From assembly GCA_024280145.1 (NCBI GenBank), contig JAJRQR010000028.1, positions 5,734 through 69,733 of the forward strand: 64,000 nucleotides of DNA, read 5' to 3'. Of the stretch, positions 20,603-30,539 are shown in pieces (the stretch's first letter is position 1; every line of letters begins with the position of its first letter). The position numbers were made by a program, and so were the translations under genes. The DNA comes from Bacteroidota bacterium (GTDB lineage Bacteria; Bacteroidota; Bacteroidia; Flavobacteriales; Flavobacteriaceae). Below the pieces are notes generated by a model. It was not told where the DNA came from, made no database searches, and saw only the letters and a program-made list of their open reading frames with translations.

Positions 20603-20697
20603 AAGAAACAAATTGAAACTGTTTAACGTAAATTCTTTTTTAAAATTTTACTTTTCCGTTTATTTGTGCTGCAAAGATATTATATAAAAACAAGAAT

Positions 20698-21492
20698 ATG
20701 CATACTAAAGAAGTGGTAGATTTTATTGTGAATTGGTTGAAGGAGTACGCTGAAAATTCAAAAATGGAAGGCTTTATTGTGGGTATTAGCGGCGGAATAG
20801 ATTCTGCAGTAACTTCCACACTTTGTGCAAAAACTGGCTTTCCTACTCTTTGTGTTGAAATGCCTATCCATCAAGCTAAAAGTCAAGTAAGCCGAGGAAA
20901 AGAACATATAAAACAATTAGAAGAACGATATTCTAATGTTAGTTCTGAAGTATTTGATTTAACCTCTGTATTTGAAACTTTTAAAGGTCAAGACACTGTT
21001 TCTGATAGCAATCCATTATTAAATTTATCGTTGGCAAATACACGAGCAAGATTGCGAATGACTACCTTATATTATTATGCTGGATTAAAAAGATATTTGG
21101 TTGCAGGAACTGGGAACAAAGTAGAAGATTTTGGCGTAGGATTTTACACCAAATATGGTGATGGAGGTGTGGATTTAAGCCCTATTGCCGATTTGATGAA
21201 AAGTGAAGTTTATATAATAGCCAAAGAGCTTGGCGTGCCAAAATCTATTCAAAACGCTGCCCCTACTGATGGTTTGTTTGGTGATAATCGTACTGACGAA
21301 GATCAAATTGGCGCCAGTTATGATGAATTAGAATGGGCTATGAAAATGCAAGAATTAGGCTACACTTCAGAAAAATTTGAAGGGCGCAAAAAAATTGTTT
21401 TTGATTTGTATTCACGACTTAACAGAATTAATCAACATAAAATGATTTCTATTCCTGTATGTAAAATCCCACTTAAAATGAAGAATATTTAG
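20698..21492 (+). CDS. nadE: NH3-dependent NAD+ synthetase
   Basis: GISGGIDSA, NTRARLRM, YTKYGDGG and PTDGL. Confidence 0.96.
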   Translation: MHTKEVVDFIVNWLKEYAENSKMEGFIVGISGGIDSAVTSTLCAKTGFPTLCVEMPIHQAKSQVSRGKEHIKQLEERYSNVSSEVFDLTSVFETFKGQDTVSDSNPLLNLSLANTRARLRMTTLYYYAGLKRYLVAGTGNKVEDFGVGFYTKYGDGGVDLSPIADLMKSEVYIIAKELGVPKSIQNAAPTDGLFGDNRTDEDQIGASYDELEWAMKMQELGYTSEKFEGRKKIVFDLYSRLNRINQHKMISIPVCKIPLKMKNI

Positions 21493-21562
21493 TTATTCAA
21501 CGAGTATTCGTGAAGTTGAGCGAATTTTCTCTCAAATGTAATTCGTTCCTTTAATTATTTTT

Positions 21563-21570
21563 TAAATTTG
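21563..21570 (+). promoter_or_regulatory. Sigma-A -7 element
   Basis: TAAATTTG upstream of the response regulator. Confidence 0.5.
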
Positions 21571-21654
21571 ACATATAATATAAGTACTACTTATCCTCAA
21601 AAGTCATCGTAGTCACTGAATTAGTGAAAATATTTAAAAATTAATTGACTGAAA

Positions 21655-22287
21655 ATGAAGAAAATTGTTATCGCAGATCACCATCCAATCACTCGAAAAG
21701 GGATTGCTTGCTTACTTAAAAAAAATGAAAGTTTTTCAATTGTTGGAAAAGCAAATAATGGTGATGAATTGTACAAAACTTTAGAGGAACAGAATCCAGA
21801 TATCTTAATCATGGAAATTGATATGCCACAAATAAATGGCATCAATGCATTACGTAATATTAAACAGCAATTCCCTGAGTTGCGTGTTTTAATTTATTCT
21901 ACTCATCCAGAAGAAATTTACGCTCTACGTTCTATAAAATCTGGCGCAGCAGGATATGTTCCTAAAACGGCATCTTCAAAAATATTTTTAAAAGCTTTAA
22001 AACAAATTAGAAAAGGTGGTATTTTCTTAAATGAGGAATTAACTTCTACTTTTACGAGCAGAAATGTTGGTGAATCTAGCGCAATTAGCCGTTATAAAAA
22101 ATTATCATCTAGAGAGATTGAAGTGTTAAATTTATTATCAAGCGGAAAAAGAAATAAAGACATTGCTGCCGCTTTAAATATTAACGAAAAAACTGTAAGC
22201 ACCTATAAAACAAGATTATTAAAAAAACTGAAAGTTGATAATTTAGCAGATTTGATTCACCAATCTAGAATGTTTCAATTTAGTTAA
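21655..22287 (+). CDS. NarL/LuxR-family response regulator, orphan, atypical receiver
   Basis: REC domain (IADHH...LIMEIDMP) plus LuxR HTH (LSSREIEV...KTVSTYK). Confidence 0.92.
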   Translation: MKKIVIADHHPITRKGIACLLKKNESFSIVGKANNGDELYKTLEEQNPDILIMEIDMPQINGINALRNIKQQFPELRVLIYSTHPEEIYALRSIKSGAAGYVPKTASSKIFLKALKQIRKGGIFLNEELTSTFTSRNVGESSAISRYKKLSSREIEVLNLLSSGKRNKDIAAALNINEKTVSTYKTRLLKKLKVDNLADLIHQSRMFQFS

Positions 22288-22288
22288 T

Positions 22289-24250
22289 TTAGAGTACTCT
22301 ATTTAATTTATCTGAAAGTAGTTTTTTAAGTTTTGTATAATCTAAGGTTTCACTTAGCACCTCCATTTTAGCTTCAACATCTTCACTTTTATTTATTGTT
22401 TGTGCTAATTCATTTATTTTTTGAGTTACTAAAAAACGTCTTAAATTTAATATCGTTTCGTTTACCAACTGTGTTAAAGTATCTTTTTTGTCCTTCACAT
22501 AAATTTCTTTACCAATCCAATTATGTAAAACATATTTATCTTCATCCATAATGATATGGGTTACAGCTTCTGCAATATCTGGTGAAAGTTGATTAATAAA
22601 CTTATCAATTTTAAACTCTTGACTTTGGTTAAAACTCTCAATTATATTAAAATATATTTTTTTAAATCCTTCGTTTGCAAATTCAATTTCATCTTCTTGA
22701 AGTTCTAAATATATTTTTTCAAAAATCTTTGTTTTAACAATTTCAGACTTATAGGTTATATTTCCTTTTTCATCTGTTTCAACAGTTAGTTCTTCAAATT
22801 TCTCTTCTTCAATTCCGTAAAGTAGTAGTAATTCTATTATTTTTCGCTCTAATTCATATTGAACATCTACTTTTTCAAGTGGCTGTTTCTTCTTAGAAAT
22901 CACCTCAAAAGCATTGTTAGGTTTTGATTTTTTGATACTCTCTTTGCTTTCTCTTTTTAAAATCTGAGCAAGAGTATTAAAAAGTACTTCTTCTGAAATA
23001 TCCATAATTTTAGAACATTCCTGAATGTAAATTTCCTGTTTGATTAAATCGGAAATTTTAGAAATACTAGTCACCATATTATGAATGGTTTCTGCTTTTT
23101 TTATCGGATCATTTTTTGCTTCAGCAGCTAATATGGAAGCTTTAAAACTGATGAAATCCTTAGAATTTTCTTCTAAAAACAAAGTCAATTCTTCTAATGA
23201 ATTATTCTTTGCAAAACTATCCGGATCTTCACCTTCTGGGAATGTGCAAATTTTCACATTCATTCCTTGTTCCAAAATTAAATCAATTCCACGCAAAGAA
23301 GCTCGTAAACCCGCAGCATCACCATCAAAAAGAACGGTGATGTTTTTTGTCAACCTATTTATTAATCGAATTTGATCTGGAGTTAAAGCAGTTCCAGAAG
23401 ATGAAACTACATTATTAATTCCAGTTTGGGAAAACTGAATAACATCGGTATATCCCTCCACCAAATAACAATTATCTTCTTTTGCAATACTTTGTTTTGC
23501 TTGAAAAATCCCATAGAGGACTTTACTTTTATGGTAAATATCACTTTCAGGAGAGTTTAAATACTTGGCAGCTTTTTTTTCGTTGTTTAATATTCTTCCT
23601 CCAAAACCCAAAGTACGACCACTCATACTTAATATTGGAAACATTACCCTTCCTTTAAAACGATCAAATTGTTTTTCATCTTTTACAACAGTCAATCCTG
23701 TTTTACCTAGAAAATCAACTTTATAACCATCCTTAATTGCTTTGCTAGTAAAGGCATCCCATTGATTTATTGAATATCCCAATTCAAATTTCTCAATAGT
23801 TTCTTGTGTAAAACCACGTTCTTTAAAATAACTTAGACCTATTGCTTTCCCTTCTTCAAGTTTAAGCAAGTTGATATGAAATTGATTTTTTGCATATTCA
23901 CTTACTAAAAAAAGACTTTCTTTTTCGTTAGCCTGTTCCTTTTGCTCATCGGTTTGCACCGTTTCTTCAATTTCAATATTGTATTTTTTTGCTAAATATT
24001 TTATGGCTTCTGGGTAGGTAAAATGCTCATGTTCCATTAAAAATGAAATTGCATTACCTCCCTTTCCGCTTGAAAAATCTTTCCAAATTTGTTTTACAGG
24101 AGATACCATAAAACTTGGGGTTCGCTCATCTGAAAACGGACTTAAACCTTTAAAGTTACTGCCCGATTTTTTTAATTGCACAAACTCTCCTACCACCTCT
24201 TCTACTCGAGCGGCTTCAAATACTTCATCTATGGTTTTTCTTGAAATCAT
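22289..24250 (-). CDS. dnaG: DNA primase
   Basis: ERTPSF, DRFKGRVMFPI, KYLNSPES, EGYTDV and FDGDAAG (TOPRIM). Confidence 0.97.
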   Translation of the reverse strand: MISRKTIDEVFEAARVEEVVGEFVQLKKSGSNFKGLSPFSDERTPSFMVSPVKQIWKDFSSGKGGNAISFLMEHEHFTYPEAIKYLAKKYNIEIEETVQTDEQKEQANEKESLFLVSEYAKNQFHINLLKLEEGKAIGLSYFKERGFTQETIEKFELGYSINQWDAFTSKAIKDGYKVDFLGKTGLTVVKDEKQFDRFKGRVMFPILSMSGRTLGFGGRILNNEKKAAKYLNSPESDIYHKSKVLYGIFQAKQSIAKEDNCYLVEGYTDVIQFSQTGINNVVSSSGTALTPDQIRLINRLTKNITVLFDGDAAGLRASLRGIDLILEQGMNVKICTFPEGEDPDSFAKNNSLEELTLFLEENSKDFISFKASILAAEAKNDPIKKAETIHNMVTSISKISDLIKQEIYIQECSKIMDISEEVLFNTLAQILKRESKESIKKSKPNNAFEVISKKKQPLEKVDVQYELERKIIELLLLYGIEEEKFEELTVETDEKGNITYKSEIVKTKIFEKIYLELQEDEIEFANEGFKKIYFNIIESFNQSQEFKIDKFINQLSPDIAEAVTHIIMDEDKYVLHNWIGKEIYVKDKKDTLTQLVNETILNLRRFLVTQKINELAQTINKSEDVEAKMEVLSETLDYTKLKKLLSDKLNRVL

Positions 24251-24384
24251 TTTTCTGAATTCAAAGATGTGAAATTCTCAATTAATAAATGAAAGTTTAT
24301 CAAAACTTATTTATTAACAAAAAAGATTTCCTTCAAAATAACAGAAGAAAACCTTTTAAAAATGAAACAAAATTTAATGAATTT

Positions 24385-25425
24385 TTACATATCAAATCGC
24401 AATCCCATCGATATATTATGTTGGTCAATTGGGTTATTTTTGAAGATTGGATTGATTTCATATTTTGCGTAAAGAGCAGCCCAACCCCAACCAATATAAC
24501 TACTAAGACCATAAACTACACTGTTGGTATTATAACTTGCTTTGATTTTTTCCTTTTTATTAGAACCGTCAACCGAATATTTTAATTTTTGACGAGAGCT
24601 TAATTTGAATCCTACAAAACCTCCAATACCATATTTGAATTGCCTTCTCGTTGAATATCTAAAATAGTTACTGTAATCTTTCTTTTTTGAAGGACCAAAC
24701 TCAAAATGAACAGGAAATATTAATTTATCAACTCGTAATTTAGCTTTATCCAAACTTTGAGGATGAACTTGTAATACTGTTTCTTCACCAGTATCTACGT
24801 AAAATTGATTGTCATCTGGTTTTAATCCGTCCCAAGTAAAAGAAAACCCGTATTTAATACGAAGCCAATTACTATCTTTAAAAACTCTTGTTTTCCAAGC
24901 CCATCCTAATTCAAAAAAGCGACTTCCTCCAATTTTAATTTCGGTATCGTTAAAAGATTCTCCTTCAGTTATCAGGTTATTAAATCCTACTGCCACTACC
25001 AATCTACTGGTAGTTCTACGATCGAATTTTTTGTCTTTATTATAAGAAACTGAAAACACTTCGCCATCTTCAAATATTTCTAACATTAATTGGTTTCCAT
25101 CTTTATATACTACAACTTCATTGCTATTTCTTTTTGTTAATTCAATTTTATTTTCAATAATAGCAACTCTATTTTCAATGTTTAAAGCGTGTTTTTCTGC
25201 AGCTTTATTTTTAAGTTCGTCGGCTTCAGTTTGAGTAATTTCTTCGTTTTCTAATTGAAGATTAATGGCTTCTACTTCATTTTTTAAAGCTTCCTTTTCT
25301 TCTTTTACAATTTTTTCTTTGTTAGATTCCAATGTTTCAATAGTTATTGAAACATCTTGTGCACTCGCGTAATTAAACGGTACTAGCCATAAAGACAGAA
25401 TGATTGTTAATGTAATGATTTTCAT
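24385..25425 (-). CDS. Exported protein with N-terminal coiled coil and C-terminal outer-membrane beta-barrel
   Basis: Signal peptide; heptad-rich E/K region; then alternating aromatic beta-strands ending ISMGLRFDM. Confidence 0.75.
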   Translation of the reverse strand: MKIITLTIILSLWLVPFNYASAQDVSITIETLESNKEKIVKEEKEALKNEVEAINLQLENEEITQTEADELKNKAAEKHALNIENRVAIIENKIELTKRNSNEVVVYKDGNQLMLEIFEDGEVFSVSYNKDKKFDRRTTSRLVVAVGFNNLITEGESFNDTEIKIGGSRFFELGWAWKTRVFKDSNWLRIKYGFSFTWDGLKPDDNQFYVDTGEETVLQVHPQSLDKAKLRVDKLIFPVHFEFGPSKKKDYSNYFRYSTRRQFKYGIGGFVGFKLSSRQKLKYSVDGSNKKEKIKASYNTNSVVYGLSSYIGWGWAALYAKYEINPIFKNNPIDQHNISMGLRFDM

Positions 25426-25457
25426 GATTGTTTGTTTTTTGATTGATGAATTCTTGA

Positions 25458-26243
25458 TTAATTATTTCGCTCTACCACAGCGGTTCTAACTTTTTCGAAA
25501 CGATCTCCTAAGGCATCGAAAACCTTTTCTCTAAAAGTAGTTTCTAATTCTGTTTCTACCATATTCAATAGTGCTGTAGCATCCACTTTTTTACTATTAC
25601 TAATTAAATTCTTACTGTAAATTTCATTTTGAGCTTTTTGCAATAAAGCATCAATCTCGTCTGGAGTTACCGAATTATTCTCTTTTTCTAATGCTTGTAC
25701 CTGAGCAACCACTTCGTTTATTTTTGATTGTTCAAACAAATCTTCTTCACTTTTAGTAGTAGATTCCGATTTAATAATAGGTATGTTTTCAACTGCGATT
25801 TCAGTTGTTTTGATTTCAAGTTTGCTTAATTCTACTTTTGCAATGGTTGTATTATTAGTTTTTGATTTAGCAGTTTTTTCTTTTTCTAAATTATTTAAAG
25901 GAGCTTCCTTAGTCTTCTCATTTTTAATTTTTTCTTCTGAAACTATTGCTTTTTCAACTGTTTCTTCTGGAATAATTTCACCTTCAATCTTTATTGGTAA
26001 AACTTTATTTTCTTTAGTAATTTTTGTATTATTTACAGTGGAAGTTTGATTTCTAAAGATTAAAGAAGAAACTACAATCACCCCAATAATACTTGCTGCT
26101 ATTGCATACCAAGTCGCATTCCTATATTTTCTTGAGGGCTGAACTTTCTGCAAATTAAGTTTTTCCCAAGCATCTTTTGAGGGCTGAATTTCTCTTTCTT
26201 GCAGCTGCTTTCGGATATGATCTTCAAATTTAATGGGTGCCAT
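25458..26243 (-). CDS. Putative single-pass anti-sigma factor
   Basis: Overlaps the ECF gene 3' end. N-terminal FEDHIRKQL...PSKDAWEKL, TM WYAIAASIIGVIVVSSLIF, E/K/T-rich linker, helical C-terminus. Confidence 0.75.
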   Translation of the reverse strand: MAPIKFEDHIRKQLQEREIQPSKDAWEKLNLQKVQPSRKYRNATWYAIAASIIGVIVVSSLIFRNQTSTVNNTKITKENKVLPIKIEGEIIPEETVEKAIVSEEKIKNEKTKEAPLNNLEKEKTAKSKTNNTTIAKVELSKLEIKTTEIAVENIPIIKSESTTKSEEDLFEQSKINEVVAQVQALEKENNSVTPDEIDALLQKAQNEIYSKNLISNSKKVDATALLNMVETELETTFREKVFDALGDRFEKVRTAVVERNN

Positions 26244-26796
26244 AACTAATTTTATTTTCTTTATTAATGTGATTTTGAAGCATTTTTCTTGCCTTGAATA
26301 ATTGTGATTTTGAAGTGCCTTCGGAAATTTCTAACATTTCGGAAATCTCACTATGCTTATATCCTTCAACTACATATAAAACAAAAACTGCTTTATAACC
26401 GCTAGGAAGTTGATCTATTAATTTCTGAATTTCGTTTACCTCAATTTCAGTTTCTATATAAGCGACTAAGTCCAACGAATTTTCAAGAACCTCTTCTTCT
26501 TTAAATTGAAGTTTTTTCTCTTTCCTAAGTTGAGAAATAGATTCATTTACCATAATTCTACGAATCCAACCTTCAAAACTTCCTTCGAATTTAAAAGAAT
26601 TTAGGTGTGTAAATACTTTTAAAAATCCTGATAGCATCACTTCTTCAGCCAGTGCATTATTTTTTAGATATTGCCTGCAAACACTCAGCATTTTAGGTGC
26701 AAAAAGCTCAAACAACTGATGTTGTGCTTTCTGATTTCCCTTGTTCGCTTTTGCGATTAACGATTTGTAATTTTTATGTAATGAAACAACTTTCAA
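26230..26796 (-). CDS. ECF RNA polymerase sigma factor
   Basis: Region 2 GSFEGWIRRIMVN; region 4 LPSGYK...EGYKHSEI...GTSKSQL. Confidence 0.95.
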   Translation of the reverse strand: MKVVSLHKNYKSLIAKANKGNQKAQHQLFELFAPKMLSVCRQYLKNNALAEEVMLSGFLKVFTHLNSFKFEGSFEGWIRRIMVNESISQLRKEKKLQFKEEEVLENSLDLVAYIETEIEVNEIQKLIDQLPSGYKAVFVLYVVEGYKHSEISEMLEISEGTSKSQLFKARKMLQNHINKENKISYGTH

Positions 26797-26825
26797 TCTG
26801 GTGTGTTTAACGCTTCTATTCTTAT

Positions 26826-26852
26826 AGACGCAAGTTACGATAAAAAGGTTGC
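26826..26852 (-). promoter_or_regulatory. ECF-type promoter, probably autoregulatory
   Basis: Minus strand GCAACC-N16-CGTCT, about 30 nt upstream of the sigma TTG; fits the general ECF AAC/CGT pattern. Confidence 0.7.
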
Positions 26853-26923
26853 CTGATGTTTAGAAATTAATGCTTAGCCTTTAGAAAACGGCAAGTAATT
26901 GGGTTTTGTGGGGAATTAATATT

Positions 26924-27367
26924 TTAATTAACAGCAGGATTCCCTACTCCTGTATTTAGGTATTGTTCAAAACTGTATAGATAATGATTCCACCCATTTT
27001 CACATACATCATAACAAAGCAACTCTTTATTTAGCCCCTCATGTTCAAAATTGATGATAGTTCCATTAGCAGATTTTTCAAAATCCCATTTTATTTTAGT
27101 TCCAACCCATTCCCCTTTAACAACTATTCCATTCACTCCAATAGTATCATCCAACACTACCCAATGAACAGATTTGTTTGGATCTATTTTATGTACTTTC
27201 ATTTCCATAAAAAAATCTGCCTCTTTGCCAAAAGTGGTTAATAACACATCTCCTACTTTTTCAGTTTTATTTGCAGAAATAGTCCACCACTTGTCTGCTT
27301 CTTCTAAAATTGCTTTTGCTACAGCTTTTGGTGTGCTTTTTATGGTAAATGTTTTTGTATAATCCAA
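26924..27367 (-). CDS. SRPBCC/AHSA1-like domain protein
   Basis: KWWT, EWVGTKI and FEHEGL...CYDVCENGWNHYL. Confidence 0.85.
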   Translation of the reverse strand: MDYTKTFTIKSTPKAVAKAILEEADKWWTISANKTEKVGDVLLTTFGKEADFFMEMKVHKIDPNKSVHWVVLDDTIGVNGIVVKGEWVGTKIKWDFEKSANGTIINFEHEGLNKELLCYDVCENGWNHYLYSFEQYLNTGVGNPAVN

Positions 27368-27449
27368 TATATCTTTTTATAAATAGTTCAACTGAAATAA
27401 TTATAAGCATTAAAAACTTAGATTAATTTTAAAATCTGCCAGTTGCAGG

Positions 27450-28427
27450 TTATTTCTTCCGGTCGATCACATAGTTAACCATTAACACCAATGATTCTTT
27501 AAAAGGAGTTTCAGGATATTTTTGAAGTATTTGCAAGGCTTCTTGTTGGTATTCTTTCATTTTTGAAACGGCATAGTCCAAGCCTCCTTTTGTTTTTACA
27601 AAGTCGATTAATTCTCTTACCCTTTCCTTATTCGTATTGTAGTTTTTAATAGAATTTATCACCCACCTTTTCTCTTTTGAAGAGCAATTATTTAAGGTGT
27701 AAATTAAAGGAAGTGTCATTTTTTGTTCCTTCATATCGATTCCTGTTGGCTTTCCGATTTTTTCGGAGCCATAATCGAAAAGGTCATCTTTAATCTGAAA
27801 TGCCATCCCAATTAATTCTCCAAATTTTCGCATTATCTCTACTTCTTCTTTTGAATCATTTACAGATTTTGCACCCATTGCACAACAAGCAGCTATTAAA
27901 GTGGCAGTTTTTTGACGGATGATTTCGTAGTAAACATCTTCGGTAATATCTAATTCTCTGGCTTTTTCAATTTGAAGTAATTCCCCTTCACTCATCTCAC
28001 GAACAGCTACTGAAATAATTTTCAGTAAATCAAAATCTTCATTATCTATGTAAAGCAACAAACCTTTTGAAAGCAAATAGTCACCTACTAAAACGGCAAT
28101 TTTATTTTTCCAAAGAGCATTTATAGAAAAGAATCCTCTACGTTTATTGCTTTCATCTACCACATCATCGTGGACTAATGTTGCTGTGTGAATTAATTCA
28201 ATTACGGAAGCACCACGATAGGTCCGATCATTTACTTCTCCATTATTTGTCATTTTTGCTATTAAAAAAACAAACATTGGCCGCATCTGTTTCCCTTTTC
28301 TATTAACTACATAATGTGTAATCCTGTTTAGTAAAGAAACCTTTGATGACATAGAAAGGAGGAACTTTTTTTCAAAAAGTTCCATCTCGTATTCTATGGG
28401 TAGCTTTATTTGGGAAACTGTTTTCAT
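27450..28427 (-). CDS. Polyprenyl diphosphate synthase (IspB-like)
   Basis: GKQMRP, LVHDDVVD...RRG and FQIKDDLFD (two DDxxD motifs). Confidence 0.95.
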   Translation of the reverse strand: MKTVSQIKLPIEYEMELFEKKFLLSMSSKVSLLNRITHYVVNRKGKQMRPMFVFLIAKMTNNGEVNDRTYRGASVIELIHTATLVHDDVVDESNKRRGFFSINALWKNKIAVLVGDYLLSKGLLLYIDNEDFDLLKIISVAVREMSEGELLQIEKARELDITEDVYYEIIRQKTATLIAACCAMGAKSVNDSKEEVEIMRKFGELIGMAFQIKDDLFDYGSEKIGKPTGIDMKEQKMTLPLIYTLNNCSSKEKRWVINSIKNYNTNKERVRELIDFVKTKGGLDYAVSKMKEYQQEALQILQKYPETPFKESLVLMVNYVIDRKK

Positions 28428-28434
28428 GAGTATT

Positions 28435-28495
28435 CAAAAATAAGTCAAATAATACTTTGATTATAGTATTTTCAATCTTTTATGCCTTATATTTG
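28435..28495. promoter_or_regulatory. Divergent sigma-A -7 elements
   Basis: TATTTTTG on minus at 28435-28442 and TATATTTG on plus at 28488-28495. Confidence 0.6.
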
Positions 28496-28522
28496 GTATT
28501 ACTAATTTTTAAAATTTAAAAC

Positions 28523-29365
28523 ATGAGAAAAATTACACTTTTAACAGCATTTTTTGCTGTATTTACAATGAATGCACAAATCTTCTTCGATAATTTTAAT
28601 GAAGAGGTTCTTGATGCTACAACATTTCTTAATTGGGATTCTATTGATTTTGATAGTGACGGTAACAATTGGGAAGTTTTTGATGCTGCTTCTATTTCAG
28701 CTGATTGGTTATTTACTGGATTTGGTGTTGATTCTGACTCTTGGGAGCAGGCACCTTTTTCGCCAGATAACTGGTTAATCACAAAAAACCCTATTGATTT
28801 AACAGGATCTACAGGAACTACGATTAGCTATCTTGTAGGTACTTATCAAACAGATGGAAATTTTATTGATGATAAATACTCTGTTTATATGACAACATCA
28901 AATACAATAGGAGATCTACTAGTTGCAACACCTATAGATACTCGTTTAGTATCTGATGATGTAACAGCTTCAGCAGGTGATTATACAGATTCTGCTGCAT
29001 CAGTAACTATTGATGCTTCTGCGTATGATGGTCAAATGGTTTATTTAACCTTTAGACATTTTGATTCTGTTGATATAAACTCTGTATTATTAGATGATAT
29101 TACAGTTGATGGTACATTAGGTACTACCGATGAAACATTTAATGGTTTCAATTTTTATCAAGATGTAAACAACGTATTACATATGAGTGCAAATACTTCT
29201 TTAGAAAACATTCAAATATTTAATGTTTTAGGTCAGCAAGTAATTTCACAAAAACTTTCTAGTTCAAATGAAACTATAGATTTAGCTTCTTATAAAACTG
29301 GAATCTACATTGCTAAAGTTAGTATTGAAGGAAAAACAAAATCTTTCAAAATTATCAAAAAATAA
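28523..29365 (+). CDS. T9SS type-A cargo with cleaved-adhesin (choice-of-anchor J-like) domain
   Basis: Signal peptide; DxDxDGNNW, PDNWLIT, YLTFRH and LDDI; CTD IFNVLGQ...GIYIAK...FKIIKK. Confidence 0.8.
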   Translation: MRKITLLTAFFAVFTMNAQIFFDNFNEEVLDATTFLNWDSIDFDSDGNNWEVFDAASISADWLFTGFGVDSDSWEQAPFSPDNWLITKNPIDLTGSTGTTISYLVGTYQTDGNFIDDKYSVYMTTSNTIGDLLVATPIDTRLVSDDVTASAGDYTDSAASVTIDASAYDGQMVYLTFRHFDSVDINSVLLDDITVDGTLGTTDETFNGFNFYQDVNNVLHMSANTSLENIQIFNVLGQQVISQKLSSSNETIDLASYKTGIYIAKVSIEGKTKSFKIIKK

Positions 29366-29390
29366 GAATTTATTTTTTACATAAATTTCT

Positions 29391-29419
29391 AAAAGGTGGT
29401 TTTATAAAGCCACCTTTTT
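29391..29419. terminator. Bidirectional terminator
   Basis: AAAAGGTGGTTTT-AT-AAAGCCACCTTTTT between convergent genes. Confidence 0.85.
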
Positions 29420-30459
29420 TATTGCTTATTAGCTAACTGACCGCAAGCGGCATCTATATCTTTTCCTCTACTTCTTCTAACTGTAACTGGAATTCTATTT
29501 TTTTCTAAAGCTGCAATATATGCGTTTGTTACTTGTCCTGAAGCTTGTTTAAATTGAGGGTCATCTATTGAGTTATATTCAATTAAATTTACTTTACAAG
29601 GCACATATTTACAATAAGCGACTAAAGCGTTTATATCTTCTCTCTTGTCATTAATCCCTTCCCAAATAACATATTCGTAGGTAATTCTTCTATTAGTTTT
29701 TTCGTACCAATATTGTAAAGCATCTTTTAAATCTGGTAAGGTAAATTTAGTAGCAAAAGGCATTATTTGTTCCCTTGTTTCTTGAATTGCTGAATGCAAA
29801 GAAACTGCCAAATTAAATTTTACGTCATCATCGGCCAATTTCCGTATCATTTTAGGAACTCCAGAAGTAGAAACTGTAATACGTTTTGGTGACATCGCCA
29901 ATCCATCTTCAGAAGTGATTTTATCAATAGATTTTAAAACATTGTTATAATTCATCAACGGCTCACCCATACCCATAAAAACAATATTAGAAAGTGGTCG
30001 ATTATGATACAACCTACTTTCTTGATCTATCGCTTTTACTTGATCGTAAATCTCATCAGGGTTTAAATTTCGCATACTTTTTAAACGTGCCGTTGCGCAA
30101 AATTTACAATCCAAGCTACAACCTACTTGAGTGGAGACACAAGCCGTAGTCCTTTTTGAAGTAGGAATTAATACCGATTCTACAATTAATCCATCAAAAA
30201 GTTTAACTGCATTTTTAATTGTTCCATCTTCACTTTTTTGAATACTATCTACCTCAATATGATTAATTACAAAATGCTTATTTAAAAGGTCACGAGTGTT
30301 CTTCGAAATATTTGTCATATCATCAAAATGATGCGCTCCTTTCTGCCAAAGCCATTCAAATACTTGATTTCCTCTAAAAGCCTTATCTCCTATTTCTTGA
30401 AAGAATATTCTTAATTCATCTCTTGATAATGCCCGGATGTCTTTCTTTTTTGTTTCCAT
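29419..30459 (-). CDS. rlmN: Dual-specificity RNA methyltransferase RlmN
   Basis: CSLDCKFC radical-SAM motif, MGMGEPL and DIDAACGQL. Confidence 0.97.
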   Translation of the reverse strand: METKKKDIRALSRDELRIFFQEIGDKAFRGNQVFEWLWQKGAHHFDDMTNISKNTRDLLNKHFVINHIEVDSIQKSEDGTIKNAVKLFDGLIVESVLIPTSKRTTACVSTQVGCSLDCKFCATARLKSMRNLNPDEIYDQVKAIDQESRLYHNRPLSNIVFMGMGEPLMNYNNVLKSIDKITSEDGLAMSPKRITVSTSGVPKMIRKLADDDVKFNLAVSLHSAIQETREQIMPFATKFTLPDLKDALQYWYEKTNRRITYEYVIWEGINDKREDINALVAYCKYVPCKVNLIEYNSIDDPQFKQASGQVTNAYIAALEKNRIPVTVRRSRGKDIDAACGQLANKQ

Positions 30460-30489
30460 TAGAGTGCAAAAATATCACTTTAAAAACAC

Positions 30490-30521
30490 AAAGCCTCTTT
30501 TAAAATTTTAAAAGAGGCTTT
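30490..30521. terminator. Terminator after the protease gene
   Basis: Perfect 32-bp palindrome AAAGCCTCTTTTAAAA/TTTTAAAAGAGGCTTT. Confidence 0.8.
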
Positions 30522-30539
30522 AAATTATACTTCGATTTT

